64,000 bases of DNA from the human T2T-CHM13v2.0 reference genome, Homo sapiens (GCF_009914755.1 NC_060942.1); one strand, 5' to 3'; shown: positions 1 to 14,372, counted from the first letter of the stretch. A program made the numbers and translations. The notes: generated from the letters alone by a model not told the origin.

Positions 1-19
1 ACAGTATCTTTATTTTCAC

Positions 20-218
20 ACACTGAGAAGAGGTCATATGAGGATACAGCAAGATGGTAGCTTGCTGTCTGAAAGCCGGGAACAGCACTCTCACCAGACA
101 TCAACTCTGTTGGCTTTTTGATCTTAGACTTTGAGTCTTAAGAATTTGTAGAAATAAATTTTGTTTTTTGCGCCACTCAGTCTATGGTTGTATTACAATA
201 GCCCAAGCTGACTAATGA
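20..218 (+). mobile_element. MaLR LTR (MLT1-type), 3' part
   Basis: ctctcaccagac...ttgatcttagactt...agaaataaattt...ccactcagtctatgg...atagcccaagctgactaa is a typical MLT1 3' end. Confidence 0.8.
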
Positions 219-284
219 GCTAGTATGTACAAATTAGAAACAAGTTGTCTCCAAATTCCAATTCAAAGAGACCCCCTAGGCTTC

Positions 285-1704
285 ATGCTTTCTGCATAAA
301 ATTATCAATGTATTGGACCAGTGTGATGTCATTTGAAAGAGAAAGGTGATCAAGAGCTTTATGGGTACTAGAGCTGGAGAGTTAAGGTATTGGTGGCCAA
401 ACCAGCTGAGAGTAAACTGCTTCTGGTGGCTTTATTAACTGTTAAAGGGAAAAATAAATCCCTTGCCAGATTAGATAGCTGTGTACCAGGTACCAGGCAG
501 GATATGTGTTAATTTCTCAAGCAATGTTACCCCATCTAGAAATCAGTTGCAATTGTAGTCACTGCCTGATTAAGTTTGCAATAAATAGTGTCATCCTCAA
601 ACATACATCTGTTTCTGCACAGGCCAAATAGGAAGTAGAATGGGGCTATAATGAGAATCACCAATCCTGTTTTGCTGTAGTCCTTAATGATGGCAATAAT
701 CTCTGCAATCCCTCCAGAAGTGCTGTGTTGCATTTGTTTTAAGCTTTCTGTAAAGGAAACTCCAGTGGTTTCCATTTGGTCTCATATAAAAATAGCTTCC
801 ACTTCGCAGGTTAGAGAACCAATGTGAGAATTCTTCCAGTTGCAGAGTATGATTATTTCAATGATAAATTCTGGAACTAGATAAATAACTACAGGAAGAG
901 CCTAGGAACCCACTGATACCACTGTGAGATGGACTCAAGTTAAAACTCTATTGATTACTTGACTTCCATTAGCCACTAATCCGGTTGGTGGATCACAGTG
1001 ACATTTTGGCCTCCAGAAATTAATTTCACTTCTAAACCAGTGTCAAAAAATCCCTAAGAAGTCTTATTATTTTCTGTAATTCAGAGCCACCCAAGTATAT
1101 GGTCACAAGACCCTTTGAGGAAGGCTGGGAGAAATATTTATTAGAAAATTTTTGGCAGTGTAGCAGGGTTCTTCCTCAAGAGGATACAGCCTCCCATCCA
1201 TTCAAGGTGTTTTGATCTGTAAATTGGCTCAAGCCTGGGTGTTAATTGAGGTCTTGTGGTTTCGTTTTGATGATTTAAGGCTTACTTATTTGTATTAGAC
1301 CTAGAATTGTTCTGTGTATACAGATCAGTAAATAATTTAGTAGACCACCCATCTGTTTTCTAAGAACATTATGACCAACTAGCCAATGCCAGTTATCTGA
1401 AAGTCAGACTATTCTGATTAGTTCTCTGGGTGGATTTCATGATTTATAATAATCAGAAAACACTTTTCATTGGTGATTAAGTGATATCACTCGATCTTGT
1501 CATTCCAGGATTCCATTATACTCGTTGAATTTTGTGATCCCAGCTTGCTAGTAGCAGTTCCCACTGTAATTTCTGACCTACAGAGGAGTGAACAAGGGCT
1601 TTTCATGGATACTGGAGCTCCTTCTTTATTTCTCAGGGTCATAGTAAAAGGTGCATAATATGGATACTCCAGGCTTGGGTAAACAGGTCTTACACAATAA
1701 TTCC
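285..1704 (-). mobile_element. Degenerate ERVL-class internal region (gag end, pol/RT)
   Basis: Minus strand resembles HERV-L pol (ggagggattgcagagatt..., cctatttggcctgtgcagaa..., cctggtacctggta...). RT active site reads LVQYIDN at 301-321 (decayed YIDD). Many stops and frameshifts. Confidence 0.85.
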
Positions 1705-2383
1705 CTCATCCAAAAGACCACCAGAATGGCTAAATAGTAGGAAAGAGAGCTTAATTGGTTATATCAGTTTGCTAACTGGGAAGAGGCAGCCTCTGGTGTG
1801 GATGAAAGGTGTTCTCTCTTTGAAAAAGGAAAGGATGGGTTGAGTTTTATGCCTCACAGGGTCTGTCTTACAAAATAGAAGCATACATACATATTCAGCA
1901 AGTTTTGAGGGTGTATTTATAAGGGAAGCCAAGTGCAGGTGCAATGGGCAAACAACTCATTTCCCTTTGGCATGGGGTTTTCAGCATTAAAATGAGATGG
2001 AATATGGCTCTGTAGATTGAAAAGTAAACCACAGGACACAAAGACAACTTGTACACAGCCTCTATCAGCTGCTGAAACTACCTTAATATCTGCAGTGGCT
2101 TAGCAGAAAAAAAAAATGTTTGTAAGGCCAGTCCTCTGTCCGAACAAGAGTTGCAGTTGTTTGGATTACAAATCAGAGTTAGGAGGGGTCTGATAATTTG
2201 CCTGATAGACTCTCTTGTTAGAGATTCAAACAAAAGTCTGGTTTTTCTTGGAGCCATAGGAATGTAGGAAGATGCCATGATAGCCCAGCCCTGAACCCTT
2301 GACACGTAGGTAACTTTTTTTCCTTCACTTTAGGGTCCACCTTAGTTGATAAAGAAAAATCCATTTTAGTCTCTTAGATCACA
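1705..2383 (-). mobile_element. ERV1 solo LTR, MER39-like
   Basis: Minus strand starts TGTGATCTAAGAGACTAAAATGG... and ends ...TTTAGCCATTCTGGTGGTCTTTTGGATGA; about 680 bp, matching MER39 as recalled. Confidence 0.8.
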
Positions 2384-3300
2384 CCACACTCATTAGGATC
2401 CATTCCTGCACATGTCCCAGATTTCTGTTTAAATTGAAAAAAAAAAAGAAAAAGAAACATGCAATTAATCTGGTGTATGCTGTAACCCCTTGTGTGCCGC
2501 ACTTCATACTTCATCCTTCGGGACCTACTGAGACTAGTTTAAGTCTAGAAGCAAAGAGAAGGGATGAGGTTGAATCCTGAAAGGAACCAGGAGTGTTTTG
2601 TAAGCAAATTCCTCAGGAGAGGCCATTATGGGTCAAGGAAGGGTTACCTCTTCAGGCAGGGGTGGAAGGGAGGCCGCTGCTGACAGGAAAATGGCAGCCA
2701 GATTTCAAGGTTTGATGGTGCCGGCTTCATTGGGTCTGTCTCTACGCCCCCATTCTAATTTTAAGATTACATATCTTCCCAGTCGACGCCTTCACTATAA
2801 CTGAAGACACACTGAGGGTTGGAAAATAAACTGCCTTGTAACTCAGCCAGTGGCAGTATGGGGCTCAAGGTTTGGTTTTCAGAAATCTCAACCCTGTGGC
2901 TGGAGGAGATTAGGATTTCTTTCATGGCAAATATGAAAACATTCAGGTCATTATGTTAGCTGTGAATTTGAAGGCCTGAGCTCATCTTTTCTTTTCTCCA
3001 CTTCTCCAGCCAGTTAGGAGCAACCAGCCAATTCCATTTTACTCCTTAATTTGACTAAAATGTTCTAAGGTGGCAACTATATAGAAACCAGTAGTTCTCT
3101 TTCTGTAGGTATTTAATTAGGAGTGTCCACTGAAAATATTTTGCTTATTTTTATTACCAGATTATGCCACGGACAACCACTGCCCACTTTTACACCAAAG
3201 ATAATGGCATAAGTGTCCTTACATACAGTCAGATGGGAGAACCAATTCCAGAAACTCAGAACATTTTCCCTAATAACATAACAGTGCCTCCCCTGCGGAC
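2384..3300 (-). mobile_element. ERVL-class internal region (5' leader and gag), upstream part of the same provirus
   Basis: Minus strand ttggctggttgctcctaa...gaaaagatgagctcagg... and cagaaatctggg...ggaatggatcct...gtgtgg resemble HERV-L gag. Confidence 0.75.
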
Positions 3301-3429
3301 CTCTTAAGAAGTGGCTGTTTTCCTTTTCTTTCCCACCTGCTTAATACCTTTTGTGCCTGGAAGTGAGATACATTACATTCTTTCTCATTATTGTTGCTTC
3401 CAGGCTGTTCTCCTTTTTCCCTTAGAATG

Positions 3430-4690
3430 ACAAGTCTTTAGACTACAGCACTGACTACCGCTCTCAGCTGCAGCCACCTGCTCCTCTCATCCCACTGGCC
3501 ATCATTATTTCATCCCTGGTGATTTTAGCTTCTGGCATATTGCCTCTTTCACATTGCTTTTGTTGGAATGTTTAGTGATATCAATATTCCCATGAATTCC
3601 CCTTTCAATAAGTTGCCCTCTTTTACTCCACTGGCCTTGTTTACCACCTTACCTCAACCTAGACCTTACTAGACCTTTCCATTTTTAAATTCATATATCC
3701 AGCTTGCTCACCACTGACTCCTGTTTTCTGTTTTAGTTTTTTTTTTTTTTTTGTTTATTTTTTCTTTTGCTAATTCCCTCTTGTGCTACAAATCCAACAA
3801 TCTTTCTACTGCTGGTACCTTGTCCGATGACCCTATTATCTTTTTATTACTCCTCATGTCTCACTTTACTCTCTCCTTAACTAGTTTAAATTCTATAGTC
3901 AGTTATTATGATCACTTTCTTCATACACCCTAAACTCCTTTGTTTTCTTTTACTTTGCTCTACTCCTCAAACCAGAATCTTACATTACTACACGCTGGCA
4001 TGCACGCTGGTGGAAAGCACACTGTGATACAGAATGATGCCACTTTAATTCATGCTCATTAACCTCATAAGGACCGGGCAATTAGTGTATTATTTTAGCC
4101 CATGTGCTTTTTCATGTTCCAGGATAACTAGTTTACATATCTTCTCTTTCCTAAAACCTCCAAAACCTTATCCTCACTGTTGCTTTAGCTGATGATTTGC
4201 TTTTTGCTGAGAAAACAGAAGCTATCCGAAGTGAAATTCCATAAACCCCTATACTGTACCAGTTCACCTCCCTACCTCTGCGCTAATATATTTTGAACTT
4301 AACTCTTGTTACCGTGAATGAGCTGTCTCCAGTCTCCTTGCTGAGAGCAGCTCTTTCATTTGACATTTAGATTCCATTCCGTTACCTGCTCAAGGATATT
4401 GCACTAGTAATTTCTTCCTCACTTTTTACTATCATTAAATATTCCCTGTCAACTTGCACATTCTCATGAACATGTTGTTATTTATTCAAATTTAAAAAAT
4501 TATCAACTCCAATCCCCTTCAGCTAGCTGCAAATTTCACTTCTTATTTTATATGAATTTTCTCAAAAGGGACACATAAGTCACTGTCCCAATTTTTTGCC
4601 TCCCATTTTCTCCTATACTAAATTAAAATATGTGTTATTCTCTGCCACTCCACTGATACAACTCTTGTACAAGTTACTTCTATGTTAATT
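3430..4690 (+). mobile_element. L2 LINE fragment
   Basis: Pyrimidine-rich L2 ORF2 hallmarks (gctgatgatttgc...tgagaaaacagaagctatc, ccactccactga...ctcttgt). Confidence 0.7.
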
Positions 4691-4699
4691 TAATTGGCG

Positions 4700-5260
4700 T
4701 GATTTTATCATTTATATTTAAAGTAATTATTTATATATTTGGGATTAAGTCTGCCATTATGTTTTTTTGTTTTCCCTTTGTTACCTCTGTTTCTGATTCT
4801 TCTGTTTCTCTGTTCTTGCACTCAGGCCAGTTACAGAAGAGGTTTTAAAATTCAATTTTGATTTATTTTAATGTGTTTGAGTCTACTGCTTTGTATATTT
4901 TTCTTAGTGATTGAACTAGATATTACAATATGTTTTATGTGACTTTTCCAGGCTTACTGGTATCAGTTTTTATCACTTTCAGTGAAACATTAGAGACTTA
5001 ATTCCATTTCAGCCTCCACCCTACTCAATTTTGAAATATGGTCTCCTTAAGCATTTCCTCTACATACTCTGACCACATCAGATGCTGTTACAATTTTTAC
5101 TTCAGCCATCAAAGATAAATAAGAAACTCATTGGGTAAGGGATCCTTATATTTACCTTATTTTTACTCATTCTGTTGTGCTTCTTTTAATTTTTGAAATC
5201 CCTAGCTTCTTATATTCTTTTTTGTCTGGAGAACTTGTTTGCCATTCTTTAAAACTAGAT
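4700..5260 (-). mobile_element. Old L1 (L1M) fragment
   Basis: atatttaaagtaattatttatatatttgggattaagtctgccatt is typical antisense old L1. Confidence 0.55.
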
Positions 5261-6479
5261 TATTTACAAATTCAATTATTGCTGCTGTAGTGAACTAATT
5301 CTACTGCTGCCCTCAGGATGGAGAGAGTGCTCCTACTGCTACTATCCCCACACTATCAATCAGGCCACTGCTTCCTGAGGTGTGAGGCACAACCCTGCGG
5401 CATTGCAACCACCTGGAGATCATCCCATCACTGCCCTGGGCTAGTATCAGAGGATGAGGCTCCCTCCTAGACAGCTGCTGTGATTCCCCTTTCTTGCTCC
5501 TTAGAACAGAAAGAATAGACTTTTTCTATTGTTTTGTTCTGTTTATTTTTGTCAATGACTGTTGGCAGTCTAGAATGAACACATCTCTGGTAAGCAGGCT
5601 GGGATTCTGGGATACATAGGAAATAGAAAATTTATGAAAGACAGCACAGTTACTAAAGAACTAAGGTCTCTATTCACTTATGCTTTGATTTTTTAAGGAT
5701 CATTTGTGATAGCATTTTGAATTATTTCTAGAATATTTATTTTCACTGAAAGAGGAGGAACAAAGATGTATGAGTATATGCCATCTGGAAGTGGAATGGA
5801 AAATAATGAAAATTTCCTTAATTCTCTCAAACCATCACCTTCTTCTAGACTTTAATTAGTAAAATCAAACAAGCAAATACCCACACACACACACACATGC
5901 ACACAAAACAGAAACAATAAAAACAAAAGACAACATATATTTTGTTTCTTTTTATATAAACAAAGTTTTATTAATGAAACTATGTCCATAAATAGAAGAA
6001 TAGCATGTTTGTATGAATGACCCTTAAATAATAATTGAAACATGCGAGAGAAGAAAACTGTTTCTAAACAACGGATTTGACAGTTTAAATTGAAATATAA
6101 AATGAGTAAGAAAATATTTTGAAATTCTATGTAAATTATATTTGTAATAACTCTGGACTTTGGTTTAATTAAATGACTATTTTTATAAGCAATCTCATGA
6201 ATCCAAATTTTTTAAAATAATCACAAATTTTAACCTTTTAAAATGAATGTGGCTAGAAGTTTTACTTTTATAGAGTATATAAAAATTTTAATTATTGATA
6301 AAACAAGAACTTTTAAGTAAGCCCAACCAAAGCAAAGAAACAATTTTGCTTAATTGATAGAGGTGATGAAATAGAAGGAGGAAGAAAAAAGTTTATTCTC
6401 AGGAAAATGCTCTGCATCTGTGAAAATACGTTGAGAATGTTTCAAAGAGATATTCCATGAAACTCCAGTAATCTTACGA

Positions 6480-7250
6480 CAGAGTACTTGGAAGTGAAGA
6501 TAAGATGACTAGATGTTATGAAAATGTAATTTTATTCTAAGTTCTATACATTCAGCAGAATATTAAAAAATGTACATGGCTTTACTGTTTTTTACAGGTT
6601 GATTTTCCAATTCATATGAAAACCTAAAACAAACAAACAAAAAATAACCAGGGAAATTCTATAGGGAACATTAGTGGGAAAATGGGAGTGAGACCTTTCA
6701 CATATTAAAGCAAATTATAAATAACATGCAATTCAATGAGTTTGATATTAGAATGATACATGAATGAATAAGTAGACTAATTGAAGGAAAAATAAAAACC
6801 AGAAATAGATTCAAATGAACATCAGATGGAGAATATGGCAAAATAGTACTCTAATTTATGAGAAAAACTGGTCAGTTTAATAAACGTTGTCCAAAAATGG
6901 TAATACTTGCTCTCTCATTAACAAGAATAATCTATCCTAGAGATACATATGTATATAATGAACTCATACTAATACCAGTATAACATGTGGGAACAGGAAC
7001 AGCATTCTTAACTCTAATCAACATTAAGAAAAAATAAAATAGACAACTGAAAATTTTAATTAAAAATGCAAAGCAAACAATATTTTTTATGTAAGACAAT
7101 GTAAATAAAAAGAAAAAGTAAAATACTAGAAAAAAGTTTTTTAAATTATATCACAGAAAAACAGCTAAGATACCTAATACAAAAATAGCTCCATTAGTTA
7201 AGGGCAAAAGCCTCATAATCTAAAAGAAAAATGGACAATAATAAAAACTG
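6480..7250 (+). mobile_element. Very old L1 (L1ME-like) ORF2 remnants
   Basis: A-rich with degenerate ORF2 motifs (aattcatatgaaaa, ccagaaatagattca). Confidence 0.5.
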
Positions 7251-7269
7251 AAAATTACATTCAAGTTGT

Positions 7270-8394
7270 CTCAAAATGGATTAAAGACTTAAATATAAAG
7301 ACAAACTCGAAGAAAGCATGGAGAACCTACATGGCATTAATCTGGGCAGTAATTTTTTAGATATGACCCTGGATGCACAGGCAAGAAAGACAAAAATAGA
7401 AATATGTAATTGCATCAAAGTAAAATATTTTGTACAGCAAAGGAAATAATCGACCAAGCGAAAAGACAAACCACAGACTGAGAGAAAATGTTTGCAAACC
7501 ATAAATTTGATAGGGGATTGATATCCAAAATATATAGAGAATTCAACTCAATAGCAATAACCTGAAGAGATATTACTTAAAACAAGAAAAAGAAATGTCC
7601 AACACGTTTGGTAAAAAAGTGCTCAACATAAATAATAATCAGAGAAATGCAAACTGAAACCACAGTGATCTGTTAGAATAGTTGTGATGAAACAAATGAA
7701 ATACAAGTGCTGGTGAGGATGTGGGAAAAAAAGAACTCTTGTGTACTGTTGGGGGTATATAAATTAGTACAGCCATTTGGAAAACAGTATGACACTTCCT
7801 CAAAGAATTAAAATGTAATTACCACATGATCCAGTATTCAAAATTCTGGGTATATATTCAATGGAGATGAAATCAGCATTTTGAAGAGATGTATCTGCAC
7901 ACCCATGTTCATTGCATATTGCATAATTTCATAAAAGCCTAGATATGAAATCAACCTAACTGTTCATCAGTAGGTAATAAGATAAAGAAAACGTGGTGTA
8001 CATGCACAATGGAGTACTATACAGCCTTAAAAAGGAAATATCATTTGCAACAATGCAGATAAATCCATAAGATATTATGGTAAGTGAAATGAACCAGACA
8101 TAGAAAAACAATACTACATGATCTCACTTAGATGTGAGTGGAATAAAAAAAAAAGGAAAAACAAAGCAAACAAACTAAACAAAACAAACAAAAACTTCTT
8201 AAACTTATAGAAGTAAAGAGTACAATGGTGGTTACTAGAGACTAGGCAGGGATGGGAAGTGGTATGAGGAATGGGAAGGTTGATCAGAGTACAAAGTTTC
8301 AATTTTAGAGGAAAAAATAATTTTTGAGATTTATTGAGCAGCACAGTGACCACAATCAATTATAATATATTGTATCTTTTAAAATTGCTATAAG
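7270..8394 (+). mobile_element. L1MA/L1MB ORF2 end and 3' UTR, host element, 5' part
   Basis: ctcaaaatggattaaagacttaaat... through ...ttttaaaattgcta; resumes at 10741. Confidence 0.9.
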
Positions 8395-10740
8395 AAACTT
8401 CTATTCATGTCCTTTGCCCATTTTTAATGGGATTATTATTTGTTGTTGTCGTTTTAACCGTTGAGTTGTTTGAGTTTCTTGTGTGTTCTGGATGTCACTC
8501 TCCTGTTGGATAAGTAATTTGCAAATACTTTCTCCACTTCAACAGGTTGTTTCTTCACCCTGTTTATTGTTTCTTCTGCTGTCCAGAAGCTTTTTAGTTA
8601 ATGCAGCCCCATTTGTCTGTTTTTGGCTTTGTTGCCTGTGCTTTTGAGGTCCCTACCATAAAATTCTTGCCTAGAATAATGTCCTAAAGATTTTTTCCTG
8701 TATCTATTATCTTTCAGTAGTTTTACAGTTTTGTGTCTTATGTTTAGGCTCATTTATGTATATAATAAGAGATAATGATCCAGTCACTGTTCTGCATATG
8801 GTTACTCAGTTTTCCCAGCACCATTTTTGAAGTGAGTTTCCTTTCCCCAGTGTATGTTCTTTACAGCTTTGTCAAAAATTAGTTGGCTGTAAATATTTGG
8901 GTTTATTTCTTGGTTATCTATCCTGTTCCATTGGTCTATGCATCTGCTTTTATACTAATACCTTGTTATTTTGGTTACTATAGACTTATAATACATTTGA
9001 AAGGTACATAATGTGATGCCTCCAGTTTTGTTCTTTTTGTTCATGATTACTTTTCATATTCTGTCTCTTTTTTGTTCCCATACAGATTTTAGGATTTTTT
9101 CTTTCTGTAAAAAATTACGTCGGTATTATGATAGTGACTGTGGTGAATTTGTAGATTGCTTTTAGCAGTATGGTCATATTAAGGATATTATTTTTTTCAA
9201 ACCATGAACAGGAATGTCTTTTCATTTGTTTGTGTCCTCTTCAGTTATTTTCATCAGTGTTTTGTAGTTTTCCATGTAGAGATATTTCACCTCCATAAAC
9301 TTACACCTAGGTAATTTTTCTTTTCTAGTAGCTATTGTAAATGGGACTACTTTCTTGATTTCTTTTTTGGTCATTTAATTATTGATGTATAGAAATGCTA
9401 CTAATTTTGTATGTTGATTTTGTTTCTTTTCTCTTGCCTGGATACTTTCGCTATCACTTTCAGTACTATGTTGAATAGGAGTAATGAAAGTGAAGCACCT
9501 TTTCTTATTCTAGTTCTTAGAGGAGAGGCTTTCAACTTTCCCCATTCAGTATGATGTTGACTGTTGATGCATCATATGGACTTTTAAATTTCGAGGTATG
9601 TTCCTTCTATGCTTAGTTTGTTAAGAGTTTTGATCATAAAGCAGTGTTGAATTTTATCGTTTTTCTGCATATATTGAGATGATTTTATGTTTTTTTGATG
9701 TGATGTATCATATTTAGAAAAGAAGACATACAAATGGCCAAACATTTATATGAAATAATGCTCAACATCAGTAATTATCAGAAAAATGCAAATTAAAACC
9801 ACAATGAGATATCACCTTCTATCAGTTAGAATGGCTATTTTAAAAAAGACAAAATATAACAGATGTTGTCAAGGATATGGAGAAAACTAAACTTTTATAC
9901 GTTTTTGGTGGGACTGTAAATCAGTACAGCCACTATAGAAAACAGTAATCAGATTTTTTAAAAAAGCCATGGGTGCAGCAAACCACCATGGCACGTGTAT
10001 ACCTATGTAACAAAACTGCACATTCTGTACATGTACCCCAGAGCTGAAAGTATAATAAAATTTCTTTTTTAAAAATGCCTAAACATAGAACTACCATATG
10101 ATCAAGCAATCTCACGACTGGTTATGCATCCAAATAAAAATAGATCAATGTATCAAAGGGATACATGCACTCTCATGTTTATCGCAGCATTATTCATGAT
10201 AACTAAGTATTAAATCAACCTAAGTATGCATCAACAGCTGAATGAATAAAGAAACTGTGGTGTTAATACACAATGGGATACTGTTTGGCCATAGAAAATG
10301 AAATCAATCATTTGCAGCAACGTGGATGGAACTGGAGGTCATTACGTTGAGTGATATAAGCCAGGAACTAAAAGGCAAATATTGCATGTTCTCATTCATA
10401 TGTGGAAGCTAAAAAAGTTGATCATGTGATGGTAGGGAGTCTAATGATAGATACCAGAGACTGAGATGGGCGTACAGGTGGGTTGTGCGGTGGGAGGTAA
10501 AGAATTAGATAGAAGAAATGAGCTCTAATCTTTGATAGAAGACAAGGGTGACTACAGTTAGCAACAATGCATTGTTGTTTTAAAATAGGTAGAAAAAAGA
10601 ACTTGAAATGTACTCAACACGTAGAAGTGATAAATACTGGAGGGATAGAGACTCTAAATATCCTGACTTGATATTACACATTCTATGCATGCAACAAAAT
10701 TTCCACATACCCTATGAATATGAACAAATGTAAAATATCA
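8395..10740 (+). mobile_element. 5'-inverted L1MA-type insertion (antisense 8395-9715, sense ~9717-10740)
   Basis: Antisense ORF2 followed by sense ORF2 end and 3' UTR. TSD aaaattgcta(t/a)aag at 8381-8394 and 10741-10754, at a TTTT/AAAA site. Confidence 0.88.
9969..10060 (+). mobile_element. Very short L1PA 3' end nested in L1MA
   Basis: atgggtgcagcaaaccaccatggcacgtgtatacctatgtaacaaa...aaagtataataaaa, flanked by tttttaaaaa(a/t)gcc on both sides. Confidence 0.88.
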
Positions 10741-10940
10741 AAAATTGCTAAAAGCGTTCAATTTAAATGTTCTCCCAACAAAATAAATGTGAGGTAGTGG
10801 ATATACTGTTAGCTTGATGTAATCATTTCAAAATGTGTGTGTGTATATATTTGATATATATGCATATATGAAAACATCAAATTGTATCTCATAAATATAT
10901 ACAATTATAATTTGTCAATTAAAATTAAAATTTTAAAAAT
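10741..10940 (+). mobile_element. 3' terminus of host L1MA/L1MB
   Basis: aaatgttctc...gtgaggtagtggatat...tagcttgatgtaatcatttc...tttgtcaattaaaa. Confidence 0.85.
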
Positions 10941-13149
10941 CAAATTTTCTTTAAACATGAAAAAGATCAAATAAATTTTACTTCTCATAATAATAGAAAT
11001 TCAAATAAATATAAAATGAGATAACCTATCACAAATAAACCCATTGCCTTGGCAACAATTCTAGTTTGAAGATAGATTGATAGACTGGAAAGAAACCATC
11101 ACTCTTATACATTATGGGTGAGAATGCAGGGTGATACAACGTCTACTGTGGTAAATTTGAAAGATCTACAGAAATTAAGTATTTTCTATTGACATCAATT
11201 CATCTTCTATTAAACGAAGAACTAATAACATACAGGCAAAAACACAGAACAGTTGCATAAAATCACTTACCATGATAACAACTAATGACTGAAAAACCCA
11301 CATGCCTATCAATGAAGACTGATTACACACATTGTGCAGAATTACTATTCTTGAATGCTTTGCTGCTGTAAAAGCAACGAAGAATATGTGTCTCAAAATG
11401 GCAAGTGGCTGTTGGTGTTCTCAAGGACTCAAGTGGTGTTATCAAGGATAGTTAAATCGTAAATATTAAGATGAGGAAGTGCTCATGACATGTTGCATTT
11501 TGTGTAAGGAGATACACACACACACACCACAAGGAAAAAAATGAAAATATAAATCAAAAGTAATAAAAAATCTGAAACAAATAAAATAAAATTCTTTGTG
11601 GAATAAAAATTTCCAAGGAAAGAAAATGCAAAGAAAACAATGAATATAATACATAGTTTGGTTATGGACTCCTTTAAGAATTTTAATGAATTAAAAAAAA
11701 ATTAACGACTTTCTATCAAGTATGTGATATAATTATACTGGGAAAAACAATTATTTCACAAGACCTTAGTGTTAAATATATTGACATTACATTGAAATAA
11801 AATATTCTCAAAAAAAATTATTGACATTTGTTGTTAAATATTTAAATTCTTATTTTGTGAAAGTAAGGAAAAAATTATTGTATTCCAAAAAAGTATTTTA
11901 AGAATTTAAAATATTTACATTCTTATTTTCTTTATGTAATCAAGAAAATATGTGTTCTTGGTTACGTAAAGCAATTATTTCTTTTCATATTATTAGCCTA
12001 CAAGATACATTTCAACCTATAATTCAACACTTTCAATTGGATAGCTATAGCAGTACAAACTCATGCTTTTATTTATGTTTTAAAATTGCTTCTTTTCTAC
12101 CTCAGTTCGCTGAAAAATATCTAGAAGTAATTGAAAAAGAAAAAAAACTGACACCTGGCCCTGATGCCACAGTGATTAAGCACATCACATTCCGTGATCA
12201 GGAAAAATAAAAAAATAAAGAAAAGAAAAGAAAAATCTTGCAATAAACTTTAAAAAGGCAAGACTAGCCTGTCTAACACCAAGCCCAAAAATGAATGAAA
12301 ATATGTGGTTTGTTGTTGTTGTTAGTTGCAGACTTCCTAAGAGAAAATAACAGCATCCTGGACATTGCAATATTGATATCTGCAAGTATGTAATATCACT
12401 TACAGTTACAATAAACATATAAGAAAACTACTTTCTATCAATAATAGAACTTGGCAATTCTGTGTGTTTATTTATTTTTTCATCCAATTCCTCTTTTTTT
12501 TTTTTTTTTTTGTCTTGGAAACCCAATTACTCTAGACACCCTTGCAAAATATTTTGGGTGAACATTCTTTTTATCTTAATGCATTTGCCTAAGAGCCATC
12601 ATTTCACAGATGGAAGTTCCAGCAAGATGCCCAGAATAGAATTTCATAGGAAAGTACTCTATGGGATAGTGTTTCCCTGCTGCCATGGTGCTTCTAGCTG
12701 TGCTGTTCCTCTCAGTTACTGTTTGTTGTTATTATTTCTTTTAATTTTCATTTATTTATGTATTTATTTTTTTATTTGAGGTTGTTTCTGTTTCTTTGTG
12801 AAGTCTGGTTCTGTCATTTATACAGCTGCCATTGTATTTTGTCAGGGGCATAACACTAGGTGACTATGACACTGTGGAGTTACAAGTAATCAGTAATCTC
12901 ATTGTGTGTTTTGATGTCTGATTGTCTTGGAGATTCTAATATTTTCTGGGATTTAGACACCAATTCTTTGTCACAAGGCCAGGAAAAATTTGTTTATTCT
13001 AATAAATGGCCATTATCTAAAGCACAGTGGAGGGCAGAATGTTACCTTCCCTTGACTTATAATTTTGTCTTTATGAACTTAAAGAATTTTCTGCTTTATT
13101 TTTGCTGTTTGTTTATGATTCTTAGAAGAGATCAGTTATGAAAAAAAGT

Positions 13150-14328
13150 GTGTCTCATGGGAAACAGCAAAATAGAAAACAACTCATGAATCAGTATAAC
13201 ACACTTTTGAGATCTTTGACCAAAATGAAATTAAATTAGAAATAAATAAGGCAGCTATACAAATTTAAAATATTTGGAAATTAGACACATTTGCAAATAA
13301 TTTCTGGGTCAAAAGAGAAATTAGCAAATATTTTGAAATATAGAATAATTAATATTCGACATTTCAAAAATGCCAGAATGATGCTAAAGCTGATTTTGGA
13401 GGGAAATGTATAGGTTCAGATGCTTAATTACAAAGCTAAAAAAGTATCCTTCACTAGGCAGACAAATTTATTAAGATATCAATTGTCTCTAATCTGAGTT
13501 TTAGATTTGGTGCAATTCCAAACACAATCCCACTAGTTTAATTTACTGAAATTATAAAACTGTTCCTAAAATGTATATGGAAAGTGAATACAATATGAAT
13601 ATCCAAGAAACTCTTTAACAAGAGAAGCAAGGTAATTTAAACTAGTAATTTTAAGATTACTGCATGGAAGAAACAGTCAAATGATAGAGAGTTCAGAAAT
13701 TGTTCCACACTGATACGGCTATTTGAATCTCTTTTAAACAAAATGTTCACAGCACCTTTAATTTTTAAAATTATTTATTAAATTATATATTGACAAAATA
13801 TGGTTATATATGTTTATGAAATACATTTACGGTGTGTTTTTTTGTGTGCTGAGTACATTAGAATCATACTCTCTTAGCAAAATTAAGATGTTATTTGTAT
13901 CTTGACAGTGACAAAACAATCCACTATTAATAGGACAATCTTTTTAAACAAAGGAAGCTAAAACAACTGGGTATTAATTAATCTCAACTCTTACGTCACG
14001 CTGTAAACAATAACTAATTCAAGTTAGATAATAGATCCATGCATAAAAGCTAAAATTATGAAACATTTTAAAGAAAGTATAGGGGAATATTTTTATGAGG
14101 TGGGGTAAATACAGGTTTCATACATTAGACGTGAAGAGCAACACAATAAAAGATCAAAACAAACAGACAAGCTAACAATCATAACATAGATCTCTTTAAA
14201 ATTAAAAACATTTGTTAATCAGATAACATAATTAAGAACATAATTAGTGAAGCCATTTACTTGAAGAACACGTTTTCAGAACATATATACATACGGAATA
14301 TATATATTCTATATATATATATATATAT

Positions 14329-14372
<44 letters not shown>

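Noticed and set aside
536-775. 79-aa ORF resembling RT
   Set aside because: Frameshifted remnant of ERVL pol, not an intact or domesticated gene.
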